Shown here: positions 10,526 through 21,266 of the stretch, one piece after another
Layout: each line of letters begins with the position of its first letter
How positions within the stretch are numbered: the first letter of the stretch is position 1
NCBI GenBank assembly: GCA_027923505.1
Contig: BROI01000005.1
Span: 806,001-870,000 of the forward strand
DNA from: Mayamaea pseudoterrestris
Taxonomy: Eukaryota
Direction of reading: 5' to 3'
DNA: 64,000 bases
Program-made: the position numbers and the translations under genes
The notes under the pieces: model-generated
Told to the model about the DNA's origin: nothing
The model's input: only the letters and a program-made list of their open reading frames with translations
The model's database searches: none

Positions 10526-11725
10526 ATGGCCGCCAAGGATCGCGTCGCAATGGCCAAACAGGGGTCCAGCAAGCAACGAAACCTTGTCACTGCTCCCAGC
10601 AAGACGCAGCTGCAAGTCCCGCAATCGAACAGCGACAAGGAGAATCAATCAAACAATCATGCATGGACAGCAGCTGGAGCATTGAGCTGGCGCATGCCTC
10701 GGAAAACAAGTCACAGCGACTATACGATTGAAATCAAGTATTTGGGCCCGCGCAAGGATTGCTATGGAAACATGCATGTCATGACAAAATATTACCATGT
10801 ACACAAATGCGTCATTGCCGTCGGTCCGAGAAAGGCGGGATTTTTCGATTCTTTGTTCACAAGCGGCGGGAGTGTTCCGCTAGGCAACGCAGCGCATGGC
10901 AGCTCATATTCCTTTCATGCGCTGGTCGCTATAGCCTTTCCTCAGTTTCTGGATTATGTTTACGCTTCGTCTGCTCCATTGAACATTACGACGGAAACGG
11001 CTACGGCGCTCTATTTCCTGGCCAAGCATTTCGACGTTCAACCCATGTTATCGGAAGCGCATGTCTTTTGGAAGCGAAACATTGAGAGCGCCTACACTTG
11101 CGGAACCTACTACAAGCATGCCTACCTTTTGCAGCAAGATGATATATTCCAGGTTGCGACGAGCGTTTGTTGCGACAAGGTTTGGAGCCTTCCAAAAACA
11201 TCGCAACTGCTACATCTTCCGCACTTTAGTTTCTGGCTCAAGCTCGCCGCACGTGGTCCATTGTCAACGAAACATTTAAATGACTATATCCCGTCGACTG
11301 GAAATTCTAGCAATGGTGACGATACAAAACTCTTTGTCTCGTTTGTGAGCGGCGAATACAGCCGACGATTGAGCATTCTAATTGTTGAATTCTGTCGCAT
11401 TCACCTTTCCACCATGAACAAGGCAACCTTTCAAATGCTAACGTCTGCACGATCGCTTCCAGTCATTGACATCAAGGCCGCTCTTGGAATGATGGAGCTT
11501 GAACGTCAGCTCGTTGCTGCAACCGATAGAGCTACCATGTCCTCGTTGCAGGAACGATGCATCGACGCGGTTGCACGGGACTGGCATCGGATTGACGTTG
11601 CGCAGCGAGTAGATGTTATCAAAACGCTTCGAAAGCAATGCGCGATGTGTCTGGAGGAGCTCCTAGTTCGAGTCATGGCTGTCGTGGAGGAACAATGCTT
11701 GTATGAGCGCGTCTCGTCAGTTTGA
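10526..11725 (+). CDS. BTB/POZ-domain protein (tandem copy 1)
   Basis: LSWRM...SDYTIEI...YHVHKC...FPQFLDYVY...ATALYFLAKHFD; first ATG at 10526. Confidence 0.85.
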   Translation: MAAKDRVAMAKQGSSKQRNLVTAPSKTQLQVPQSNSDKENQSNNHAWTAAGALSWRMPRKTSHSDYTIEIKYLGPRKDCYGNMHVMTKYYHVHKCVIAVGPRKAGFFDSLFTSGGSVPLGNAAHGSSYSFHALVAIAFPQFLDYVYASSAPLNITTETATALYFLAKHFDVQPMLSEAHVFWKRNIESAYTCGTYYKHAYLLQQDDIFQVATSVCCDKVWSLPKTSQLLHLPHFSFWLKLAARGPLSTKHLNDYIPSTGNSSNGDDTKLFVSFVSGEYSRRLSILIVEFCRIHLSTMNKATFQMLTSARSLPVIDIKAALGMMELERQLVAATDRATMSSLQERCIDAVARDWHRIDVAQRVDVIKTLRKQCAMCLEELLVRVMAVVEEQCLYERVSSV

Positions 11726-12158
11726 CGTTGTGGAGGTTGTTTGCGTCATTATTGGAGCTCCCGACTGCGGTTGTATCGTGTTCTTACCTGCTCAAAGCAG
11801 GAGGAATAATTTTGAGATAGCAGTATAACTTTACACGTCTCGTTATATCTATCGCCTATCTTTAAAGCCTGCAAACGATATTGCTTATTGCTTGCTTTAA
11901 TCGTGCTGCTTTGGTCGAGTCACCAGCATGAGATCTTGTCGACCAGTCACTTATTATAAGTGTGTATAGTGGCAAATAATATGCAAAATTGATTGTGGTG
12001 TAGTTTGCGCATCTTACGGAATTCTGATCTTTTATCCACCTGATAGCTAATTATACGACGTACCGGTAATCAACGGACGCGCGAAAATTCTTTGCCTCCA
12101 TTACATCAACAGCCATTCATGCTCGCACAACAAAGCAGCGACGGTTCTCACAGTTTGT

Positions 12159-13247
12159 ATGCACTCAATCATAATGCCAGGTCGACCAAAGCGCAAGAGC
12201 AGTGCATCCGCTGCCATTGATAGTCGCAAGCGGGCTGCTGCTGTCGAGCCTGTTATTGGAAGCGATACGTCGGACGATGACGACGTTCCTCCTCCACCAC
12301 CACCACTGGGAGGATCTTTGAGCTGGAGGATGAGTCCGGAGGATAGTCTGAGTGACTGGATGATTGAGATTGTTTACGAGACTTCAGACGGGAATGGAAA
12401 TGTAAAGAGCAAAGTAGACACCTACCATGTACACAAGTGTCATCTCGCCGGAGGTTCTCGCAAGAGTGGTTACTTTTCAAAATTATTTAGCAACGGAGGG
12501 CGCTTCGCCGAGACATCAGCCAACAAGAGTCGCATTGAATTCAATGAAATTGCTGCGACCAAGTTTCCTGATTTGCTTGACTATATCTATTGCGCGTGGG
12601 GTGCACAACCGGAGATTACAACTGACAATGCAACAGCTCTCAGTTTTTTGTCCAAATATTTTGATCTTCCTTGTTTACGTTGGAAGGTGAAACAATTTTG
12701 GACAAAGGATGTCAATAAACACACTACGTGCGGCACTTATTATGAGCATGCACACTTATTAAACCAAAGCAAGATTCGTGAAGCAGCAATCAAATCTTGT
12801 CGCAAGAACATTTCGATCATTGGCGTTAACTCACGCCTTATACATGTCGAGGATGCTTCATTTTGGCTTAAGCTTGTGGATAACGATGAACGTATTCCCG
12901 CACATCATCATTTACAGATAAGCACATTGATTGCAGCATTTTTGCGAAAGGCAGCTGTCAACGAGGAGACTTTCATAAAGCTGACCAGCGCAACGGCATT
13001 GCCGCATATTCATCCGAATGCTGTACTTCCGCTACTTGAGGCCGAGCGGGTTGCGATCGCTCCTGATGTAAATAGCTTGACTTCCTTGCAAAGGCGATGC
13101 ATTGACTCACTTGCTACCCGTTACAATTTAGTTGACATGTGTCACTTAATGCAAGATGAAACGTTGACGACACTTCGGAGTCAAAGTCAGCTTGTTCTTT
13201 CAGAACTTTTTATTAAACTTATGACAGCGGTGAAAGGCTACGGCTAA
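12159..13247 (+). CDS. BTB/POZ-domain protein (tandem copy 2)
   Basis: LSWRM...SDWMIEI...YHVHKCHL...SGYF...FPDLLDYIY...ATALSFLSKYFD. Confidence 0.88.
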   Translation: MHSIIMPGRPKRKSSASAAIDSRKRAAAVEPVIGSDTSDDDDVPPPPPPLGGSLSWRMSPEDSLSDWMIEIVYETSDGNGNVKSKVDTYHVHKCHLAGGSRKSGYFSKLFSNGGRFAETSANKSRIEFNEIAATKFPDLLDYIYCAWGAQPEITTDNATALSFLSKYFDLPCLRWKVKQFWTKDVNKHTTCGTYYEHAHLLNQSKIREAAIKSCRKNISIIGVNSRLIHVEDASFWLKLVDNDERIPAHHHLQISTLIAAFLRKAAVNEETFIKLTSATALPHIHPNAVLPLLEAERVAIAPDVNSLTSLQRRCIDSLATRYNLVDMCHLMQDETLTTLRSQSQLVLSELFIKLMTAVKGYG

Positions 13248-13617
13248 AAACATCATCGCGTGGTTGGCTGTTCTTGTAATGAGGTCGATGAGCTGAACAG
13301 TCTTTGTAAACGCTGTACCATGCTATGAGAAGACTTGTTTAAGCTTCACGTCTTTCGTCAATAAACAGTAAGCCGCTTTAAAAAACATTATCTAGGTGGC
13401 AAACAAGTAGCACTTTCCCACGCTGATCCTCTACCTATCATTTTTATTTGGCACTGTAGCGGGCAGCATTGTTTCTGCGTCGTAGTGCTATTCAACGGCT
13501 AGCGATTTTCCAATGCAGTGCAGAGCAAGACTTCACACAAAAGCCATCAGGAAAAAGTTACCGACCGCTCTCGATCCGCACAACTTGCTCAAACAACAAG
13601 GCGCAGAGTGAACGATC

Positions 13618-14700
13618 ATGCAAGGACGATCACTTCGCGAGCCTCAAGATGCTGCTGCAAGCGAAAACGGCGAGGGCATTGCTGAGCCTTTTGCTGGGAG
13701 CGATACATCGGACGATGAAGACACGACTCCATTGCCGGAGGGCGGTGGCTGTCTGAGCTGGCGAATGGATCCGGAAAACAGTTTTAGTGATTGGACAATT
13801 GAGATTGTATATGATACAACTGGTGATGACGGAGTTGTGAGCACCAAAACCGATGTTTACCACGTGCACAAGTGTCATCTCGCGGGTGATCCACGCAAAA
13901 GCGGTTATTTCGTCAGTCAATTTATCAAAGGCGGGCGATTTGCTGAAAACGGAGAAAGCAAAAGTCGCATTGAACTTAATGAACTCGCTGCAAAGTCCTT
14001 CCCGGACTTGCTCGACTACTTGTACTGTGCAGAATCGACGCCGAAAATTTCGACCGACAATGCCACGGCGCTGAGCTTCTTGTCAAAGTACTTTGACGTG
14101 CCGCAGCTACGCTGGACGGTAAAGACTTTTTGGAAGCGAGACATTCTGTGGCCAAAAGCTTGTGGTACCTACTATGAACATGCTCGCTTATTGAACGAAA
14201 GCAAGATTCGGCGGGCATCCTTGCAGTCGTGTCTCGACAATATCTGGGAAATCGATTCGTCTACACGACTTGTACATGTGCCGGATGCTTCATTTTGGCT
14301 CATGCTTGGCGAACAAATTCATGCTGGTATAGCTGGTGGACAATTTATGAACCACCAAAGTCAGCAACTCAGTAAGCTTGTTGCAGCATTCTGTCGTCAT
14401 GTCGCAGTTGATCAAGAAACGTTTCAAAAGCTCACCAAAGAGACTGCCCTACCGCAAATTGATGCAAAAGCTGCTCTTTCGCTGCTTGATATTGAGCGTG
14501 TTTTGTTATCACCGGATGAGGCCAACCTTACTTCATTGCAGGAGCGTTGCATCGTTGCGTTTTCCAACGCTTGGAACCAGATTGACGCCAACCTTGAAGC
14601 AGAGACGGTGGCGACATTGCAGAAACAAAATGGCCGTGTTCTTTCTGAACTACTCGTTCGAAGCTTGAAAGCAGCTGGGCAGCGGACTCAACATTGGTGA
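13618..14700 (+). CDS. BTB/POZ-domain protein (tandem copy 3)
   Basis: Closely similar to copy 2 (GSDTSDD, LSWRM, YHVHKCHLAG, CGTYYEHA, DASFWL, TSLQ.RCI). Confidence 0.88.
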   Translation: MQGRSLREPQDAAASENGEGIAEPFAGSDTSDDEDTTPLPEGGGCLSWRMDPENSFSDWTIEIVYDTTGDDGVVSTKTDVYHVHKCHLAGDPRKSGYFVSQFIKGGRFAENGESKSRIELNELAAKSFPDLLDYLYCAESTPKISTDNATALSFLSKYFDVPQLRWTVKTFWKRDILWPKACGTYYEHARLLNESKIRRASLQSCLDNIWEIDSSTRLVHVPDASFWLMLGEQIHAGIAGGQFMNHQSQQLSKLVAAFCRHVAVDQETFQKLTKETALPQIDAKAALSLLDIERVLLSPDEANLTSLQERCIVAFSNAWNQIDANLEAETVATLQKQNGRVLSELLVRSLKAAGQRTQHW

Positions 14701-15033
14701 TGATTTGCAACAATGTGTGTGGACAGTTACGTACATGGATGCGAATGCGGACGAAAGTGTATCAGTGGAAGAAGTGAAAGCTGCTATGATCAGCTCATCC
14801 TTTAATTTAGCATTGTGATTAAATAATGAGCTGTAGCCGGGTGATATAGCAATGCCGGAATGTCTTCCTACAACGCGCCAATTAAGGTAGTATCGACGGT
14901 AAGGATCATCACATTTTTTACTGTTGATGGTGCGGAGGGTATAGGTTGTGTCGGACTGGTTCTCAGCTTCTGCTTTGTCGTCGCGACTGTTTCTTTCACA
15001 ATGAGAGATTGACGGCTATGCCATCGCCGTAGC

Positions 15034-17913
15034 ATGCTTTATCGATATGCCACGGCTCTGATATGCTCAATAAACTATGATTTTGTATATGGATTTCAGT
15101 TTAGTAAATTTTCACGGCCGTCAAGGCAAAATTTGCAGTCGAAAATGGCATCGCAATCGGAGGATCTTGCGCAGCAATCAGCGATTTTAAATACCATACG
15201 AAATGACAATGACGTGATAAACGGAAATATCAGTGCTCCACATAATGAACTTTTGCAAACAGTAAACGAAATCACGCAAAAGCATGGTCCTGCTAGTGTC
15301 CAATTGGTGTCAAGGAGCGACGAAGCAGCGATGAATGAGGCGCAGCCCGTCAAATCTCTCGTCTTTTCCGTTCAAGCAAAGCAAAACGACAACTCACCTT
15401 CATACATTCTGGCAATACTCGGCGTTGACGACATTGTCAGTCGGTCTGCTCTGGAAGAGGCTGCACGACGGTTACTTGACCTAGATGTCACGATTCGACT
15501 AGCTCCGTCCAACAAGGTTGCTGCGTTATGTGGTTTTGAGCCGGGAACCGTCCCTCCGCTTGGGTTATCGCCTCTGCCGCTCCTGACACTCACTGAAGAG
15601 TCTCTCGTCGAACAGCAGTTCATTGTCGGAGGAGGTGGCGCCGCTGATACTGCATGCCTGGTGCGCACCGACGCCTTGATGCAGCAGCCTAACGTTCATG
15701 CAGCATCCTTTCGCAAACAGCCATGGACTACTCCACGCGCAAAATCACCCTCTACTAATCTACTACTGACAGATAAACCATATTTTGCACTAGAGACGCC
15801 TGATTTGGGTTTGGTGCAGACCATTTTGTCGTCCGACGCACACGAAACCAGTCCACTGCAACCAGAACCATTTTCAATCGTTGGTCGAATACGCATCGTT
15901 CGTCGCATGGCGCGAGGATTGGCCTTTTGCGACCTTGGTCCGCCGACGGAACACAATGATGCAGCAATTGTTAATGACGCAAGTAGTAATGTAAATTCTA
16001 CAGCAACGACGCAGCACTTGCCATGGCGGTCGCTGAAAACGGGTCAAAACATGGCCGTTCAATTAATCATTGGCAAGACGCTCTGCCATAATATTGGTTC
16101 CGCAGCGGCTGAAGCAGTCATCAAGTCACTGCGAGTCGGTGAGCTAGTCTTGGTGCAAGGCTTGACCAATGTTAACAACTACGACTCGCTGCGCAACTGG
16201 GCTGACAAGGCGTGTCTTGACTTGGTGGTGCACTCGATGCAGTTTCTGACTGCTGGGTCGACGCAACTATTGTCAATGCCAAGCGCCAACAAGAAGACCA
16301 AAACAACTGATAGACGCATGCTGCCACGGCCTCCCGTCCGTCTAAATCCTGGAATGTCCTACCTTAATGTCGATGACTTGTATGGCGAGCCCGACGAGGA
16401 TGCGGAGTCACCGATTGTCATGGTGGACTCGACCGAGTCCGTTGAGAGATTTGCGGCCGACTTGTCGAAGCTTTTAATAACGCAGCAACCTACCAAAGAG
16501 AATGATTCCATCGGACTAGTTGGCATTGATACAGAGTGGCGCCCGAGTTTTCTATTCAACAATCCAAACGAACCACAGGTTGTTTTGCTTTTGCAAATAT
16601 GTCTGCATCCACTGAAGCAAGTGTATTTATTGGATCTGCAAACATTATTGCGTCCACTGCGACTACCCAATGAACCTTTAAATCCACTCGAAACGCAAGT
16701 AGCTCAAGCCGTTGGAGAGTTGTATGCAGCGACCCACTTGTTCAAAGTTGGGTTTCAGGTGACGAACGATTTGCGCCGACTGGCAGCTTCATACCCACAC
16801 ATATCTGCTTTCCAAGATATACATTCGGTACTGGAAACGTCGACGCTGGCAAAGACGGTCATGCGCTTGAAGAAACTCGGCAATCTGCGTGAAGTGACGT
16901 CCTCATTGAGTCGATTGACTGAAAAGTTTATTGGGAAAACCATCAACAAGGACAACCAGTGTAGCGACTGGTCAATTCGGCCGCTCACGGCGGAGCAGAT
17001 CGAGTATGCAGCACTTGATGCCATGGTGACGCCTTGTCTTGTGGAAAAACTTTTGACTGTCGCCGACGCGCGTCTAGAGGCCGGGAACAAACCCAAAGTG
17101 GGGCGGTGGAACGACGATACGTCGTTCACTGGTTGCGTATCCTCGCTTCGCTTCCTTTTCCTCGACCCCAACACCGATATGATTGCGGTCAAGAAGCTAA
17201 ACGCCAAGCGCGTCATTGGCAGTTCATATATTGTCTCGCAATTTTGGCCGACAGGTAACGAGCCTCCGCCGTTACCGACGATACCGACCGAAGCCAACAA
17301 TGGGCAGTACACTGGCACGGATGGCATTCTTCGCGTGCCGTCGCGGATAGTATCACTTGAGCTAGCAGCCGTGAATAGCATGATTGGTTCTCACGTGGGA
17401 AGATCGAAGGAACGGTGCTTGAGCATGCTTTTAGTTGGAGAAGCTGTCTTGCCTGCTGGAGCAAAGTTGGAATTCCCACAGCGATCGGGTTTTGTCGAGT
17501 TTACAAATGCTGTCGCTCTCTTTGTCAACTTGCCTGCATCGCCTGGTCGTGGTAGTCCTCGAAGTTATCCAAATGAGTGGCTTGATAATGGTCGTACGTT
17601 AACATGGTTCCTTCGCGAAAGCGACTGGAAGCGAGGTACCAGTCCACTTGCCAAGAAGCTCTGTGACGACGTATCAGAGACGCATGCATCATCATTTGTG
17701 GTTCTCTTTGTGCGCTCAAGGGATGGGAATTTTGTTTGCTGTGGGCACTGTCAAGTAGCACGTAACGAAAGCGTTGACATCGAAGCAGCTGAAGAGTCTG
17801 ATGACGAGATAGCATCTTCGAGAGATTGGGATCTTGTCCAGTTACAGCTTAATCTGTTGGACTACGATGCATTGATGACGAAACAAGAGTTTGTTGCAAT
17901 GACTACGTATTAA
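15034..17913 (+). CDS. Multidomain protein: targeting peptide + YbaK/ProXp aminoacyl-tRNA editing domain + anticodon-binding-type OB fold + DEDDy 3'-5' exonuclease (WRN/MUT-7-like) + DUF3427/PUA-like domain
   Basis: YbaK: PVKSLV...CGFEPGTVPPLG...VGGGG. OB: IVGRIRIVRR...LAFCDL...VQLII...LRVGELVLVQG. Exo I/II/III: GIDTEWRP, KVGFQVTNDL, SDWSIRPLTAEQIEYAALDA. C-terminus: ALFVN...YPNEWLDNGRTLTWF...VLFVR...FVCCG. Confidence 0.85.
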   Translation: MLYRYATALICSINYDFVYGFQFSKFSRPSRQNLQSKMASQSEDLAQQSAILNTIRNDNDVINGNISAPHNELLQTVNEITQKHGPASVQLVSRSDEAAMNEAQPVKSLVFSVQAKQNDNSPSYILAILGVDDIVSRSALEEAARRLLDLDVTIRLAPSNKVAALCGFEPGTVPPLGLSPLPLLTLTEESLVEQQFIVGGGGAADTACLVRTDALMQQPNVHAASFRKQPWTTPRAKSPSTNLLLTDKPYFALETPDLGLVQTILSSDAHETSPLQPEPFSIVGRIRIVRRMARGLAFCDLGPPTEHNDAAIVNDASSNVNSTATTQHLPWRSLKTGQNMAVQLIIGKTLCHNIGSAAAEAVIKSLRVGELVLVQGLTNVNNYDSLRNWADKACLDLVVHSMQFLTAGSTQLLSMPSANKKTKTTDRRMLPRPPVRLNPGMSYLNVDDLYGEPDEDAESPIVMVDSTESVERFAADLSKLLITQQPTKENDSIGLVGIDTEWRPSFLFNNPNEPQVVLLLQICLHPLKQVYLLDLQTLLRPLRLPNEPLNPLETQVAQAVGELYAATHLFKVGFQVTNDLRRLAASYPHISAFQDIHSVLETSTLAKTVMRLKKLGNLREVTSSLSRLTEKFIGKTINKDNQCSDWSIRPLTAEQIEYAALDAMVTPCLVEKLLTVADARLEAGNKPKVGRWNDDTSFTGCVSSLRFLFLDPNTDMIAVKKLNAKRVIGSSYIVSQFWPTGNEPPPLPTIPTEANNGQYTGTDGILRVPSRIVSLELAAVNSMIGSHVGRSKERCLSMLLVGEAVLPAGAKLEFPQRSGFVEFTNAVALFVNLPASPGRGSPRSYPNEWLDNGRTLTWFLRESDWKRGTSPLAKKLCDDVSETHASSFVVLFVRSRDGNFVCCGHCQVARNESVDIEAAEESDDEIASSRDWDLVQLQLNLLDYDALMTKQEFVAMTTY

Positions 17914-18160
17914 CGGTCTTTTAATAGACGAATAGAGAATATACCATTTAGGGCAGAAGCGTGTCCGACGATGCAAAATAGAGGCGCAAGGATGGAAATA
18001 GCAAACAGTTGACTCTTTAAGCAATGTTCTTGCTACAAAATCCCACCAATTAACATTTAGAAACATGTACTATTGCTAAATACTTATTTCGTTTAACGTA
18101 ATCTCAAAAGAGCCATTGAATGTTCCCAAGCACTGTTCCATTAAACACTCAAACCAATCT

Positions 18161-19345
18161 TTACAACGCCCAACCAGTCGACTCCTTGCAAAAGTGGATG
18201 ACACAACTGATGCAAAGCATTGACAAACCAACAGAGACAGCCTCATCAAAGCTAACCAAAAGCTGAGTCACGGCTTGAGTAGTGGGCGTTTTGCCCGAAT
18301 TCATTCGCACAAAGTGACCGTACTCCATCGCCACGTAAATCATGGGCGCGGCGCAAGCCAAGGCGCAGGCGCAGACATCCACAATGGACACTCCCGAGTA
18401 GACCACTGCGCCCGCGGTGTAAACGACCATTTTCGCTGCAAGGGGAGCATGCTTGGAAACTTTGAAAAGTGCCCAAGCGGCAGCCCCGCACAGCCCAATG
18501 TGGGCCGCATAGCACGGCGCCGCGGCAACAACGTCCAGCGCAGTCGACATGGGACCGGAGTCGCCTGCCAACCCAATCATCTTGAATGCATTCATGGTCA
18601 TGCTAACAATGACAACTTCCTTACACTGGCCCATCAAGTAGCCATTCACCCCATCCAAAACTCCGTCCATTCCTCCCTCCGCAAGGCGGTGAAAGCGAAA
18701 GTAAACACCCACCAAGACACGACCCGACACCGAAAGGGCAAAGCAAGACACCATCTTGGAAAACACTTGTTCGCGCGCATTTTCAAGCTTGTCATGCCAA
18801 TCCTCATCCAACTGCGCCGCCACCATGTAGTCCTGGTGGCGACGCTCCTCGTCCTCCTCCGCCTTGACGTGACGCATGGCAACTTGAACCAGGCGGCGCC
18901 CTTCCAACGCAACTTGGGCAAGCAACGTTTCCAAAGTCTGTAGTTCCAACAGACTCGACGCAAACGTTTGCTCATCGGTAATGTCCAAGCCCAAGGCCAT
19001 AAAGGCTTGACGACGCGCCAAGACTTGATGCACCAACATGACCACCTGCTCGTAGGCATCGACGGAATGGTCCGTGCGAGCCGCGTGACTGACAATCGCT
19101 GGCGAAATGGCCAAGCCCATCACGTCTTCAGTTCCTTCATACACGTCAAGTTCGTCGTGATGGTAGGGAACAATGTCAACGACTCCATTGTTGTAGTCGT
19201 TGCCGCCGTCAGACGCGACAGTTTCGTCATGGCGCAAGTCATGAATCGGCTCGTCGTGGTTGGCAGTCGTGGACGCGGCGCCAATGGCGCTTGTGACTCC
19301 AGTCTCGTTGTAGTCGTTGTAATCGTTGTTGATGATGCGATTCAT
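18161..19345 (-). CDS. Hypothetical membrane protein (acidic N-terminus, coiled coil, several C-terminal hydrophobic segments)
   Basis: 394-aa ATG-initiated ORF with protein-like organisation; no family recognised. Confidence 0.65.
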   Translation of the reverse strand: MNRIINNDYNDYNETGVTSAIGAASTTANHDEPIHDLRHDETVASDGGNDYNNGVVDIVPYHHDELDVYEGTEDVMGLAISPAIVSHAARTDHSVDAYEQVVMLVHQVLARRQAFMALGLDITDEQTFASSLLELQTLETLLAQVALEGRRLVQVAMRHVKAEEDEERRHQDYMVAAQLDEDWHDKLENAREQVFSKMVSCFALSVSGRVLVGVYFRFHRLAEGGMDGVLDGVNGYLMGQCKEVVIVSMTMNAFKMIGLAGDSGPMSTALDVVAAAPCYAAHIGLCGAAAWALFKVSKHAPLAAKMVVYTAGAVVYSGVSIVDVCACALACAAPMIYVAMEYGHFVRMNSGKTPTTQAVTQLLVSFDEAVSVGLSMLCISCVIHFCKESTGWAL

Positions 19346-20227
19346 GGCACTGTTGTTCGTCTTGATACTCTTGAATGCCTTGTCTCTTGTCTTGTGAGCC
19401 TTGCTTGACCTGTCGTAGCGTGTAGATAGTCGCAGTGAACGTCTCGTAATGGCGTCCGATGCGATTTAATGCGCTGTTGGCGTGTTTTGTGTCGTCTTTC
19501 AGCGTGATGATGAAACTGGACGAGGCGAGCGTCAAGCCGATCGTGTCACGATCAATCATCGAGTCAAGCAAAGGTGCGGGACCATAGGTAAGTCATCGCC
19601 AATGACCGTTCCACGATGCTTTTCCATGTGCGTGACTTCGCTAGTAGAATGCTACCTCCATGGATGCAAGATCATCATAAAAATCGTTTTTGTCACGCAG
19701 GATTATCAAGTGGAGATTGACACTGTTGCCGCAGATGCTTTAATCGTATCGCGTATGTTTAAATGTCATTTTCTCGTAACTTGTAGTTCATGCAGTCATA
19801 TTGACACCTACTATAGAAAAAATAAACAGCGTCTTGGCTGCTGCCAGGACTTTTGTTTTGTTAGTCACGCCATGGTGATCAACAAGGCGTCGAAATCAAT
19901 GAGAGGGATAGAAATGTCGTATCGGTTCTAAGAATCTGAGTCACAGTTTCGGGAAGGGCAATAATATTTCGCAAGCGAGGCGAGACAACTTTTTCCGTTC
20001 CGTCACGTTCGCCACAATTTGAAACTCATTATCGTCGAGCAAGTTGGTCACTTGCCATTGACCAATGAACGCTTTATAGACAGATTCTACCATATTTTGT
20101 GGATCGCTGAAGATAAAAGGTGACAAGCGAGAGATAGATCGAGCTGAGCGGGAATTAGAATAGGGACTCTTATACTTTCAAGCTTGCAGCTCATTACCGC
20201 TCACCATTGCCGACGCGTTACACTATC

Positions 20228-21160
20228 ATGACGCTTCGCACCTTGTTCATATGCTGCATCGCTGCCAACTTGTTCACACAATCCACTGCCATTTACTCGG
20301 ACGCCATCATTTCGTCCAAAGATTGCTCGGCTGCCCTTGATGCCGTTGACAGCAACGGCGACGGAATGCTTGACTTGAGATCGGAATACATTGCCGCACT
20401 TGAAACGCTTGCCAAGATGAACGGTTTGACGTGTCTGCCGATTGACACGGAGGCAACGGCGCAAGTCGCAGAGCAAGCCTACTTGGAGCTACTATCCGAT
20501 TCCGAAAGTGCTACCGGCTATGATGTAGTGGCATGCCAAAATATTGAAGCAGTGTTAATGAAGACTTGCAGGCTGTCAAGGACAACGGACACTGCGACTG
20601 ATGATACTGACAACTCCAAGACGAATGGCACCAAGACGAATGAAGAAAATGAAACGAGCAATGGCAATTCGACGGCAACAAACAACAGCAGTGGCGCGCC
20701 TACGGAAAGCACGACAAAGGCTTCCAGCATGTCCAACCGTCAGCGAAACCTTGCCATTGGTCTTGGAACCGCAGCCTGCGTCATGTTTCTAGTTCTTTGT
20801 CTTGTGGTGGCCTGGAAACCTGCGTCGAGCCGTCGTCGACACAAGCATGTGGACGCAAAATCTCCTGCCAGCGACGATGACACGGAAGTGGTCTTTGACG
20901 CGCAGCGATATCCTCCTCCGGAGATTCAAGACGATTGGTGCTATGATGAAGAAAATCCGCAAAATGCCGTGCGAGCGAAAGAGGACGCAAACGAGTGGAG
21001 TGCCGATGAGCTTGACGACGCGATTGTATTCACTCCGACATGGTCGTCGCAGCAGCGAATGCAAGCCGAGCCCAAAGTGATGGGGATGGAGGAGCTAACG
21101 TTTGGCGATCGATCCTTTCATATCGTCATTCAAGAAACCGAGCAGGAAGAAGAGGGGTAA
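20228..21160 (+). CDS. Type I membrane protein with EF-hand-like loop and Ser/Thr/Asn-rich stalk
   Basis: Signal peptide (MTLRTLFICCIAANLF), DSNGDGMLD EF-hand-like loop, mucin-like stalk, TM segment LAIGLGTAACVMFLVLCLVVAW. Confidence 0.7.
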   Translation: MTLRTLFICCIAANLFTQSTAIYSDAIISSKDCSAALDAVDSNGDGMLDLRSEYIAALETLAKMNGLTCLPIDTEATAQVAEQAYLELLSDSESATGYDVVACQNIEAVLMKTCRLSRTTDTATDDTDNSKTNGTKTNEENETSNGNSTATNNSSGAPTESTTKASSMSNRQRNLAIGLGTAACVMFLVLCLVVAWKPASSRRRHKHVDAKSPASDDDTEVVFDAQRYPPPEIQDDWCYDEENPQNAVRAKEDANEWSADELDDAIVFTPTWSSQQRMQAEPKVMGMEELTFGDRSFHIVIQETEQEEEG

Positions 21161-21266
21161 CGTTTAAGCCAGACAAAAAAGACTAGTATGAATATATATG
21201 TGAGCTACCGGCAAGCGCAATATACACAGCTGTAAAGATAACTGTAAATTTGAAACATTAATTTAG

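Noticed and set aside
18252..19408. Several long overlapping ORFs on both strands
   Set aside because: Explained by stop-poor codon bias of the 394-aa minus-strand ORF.
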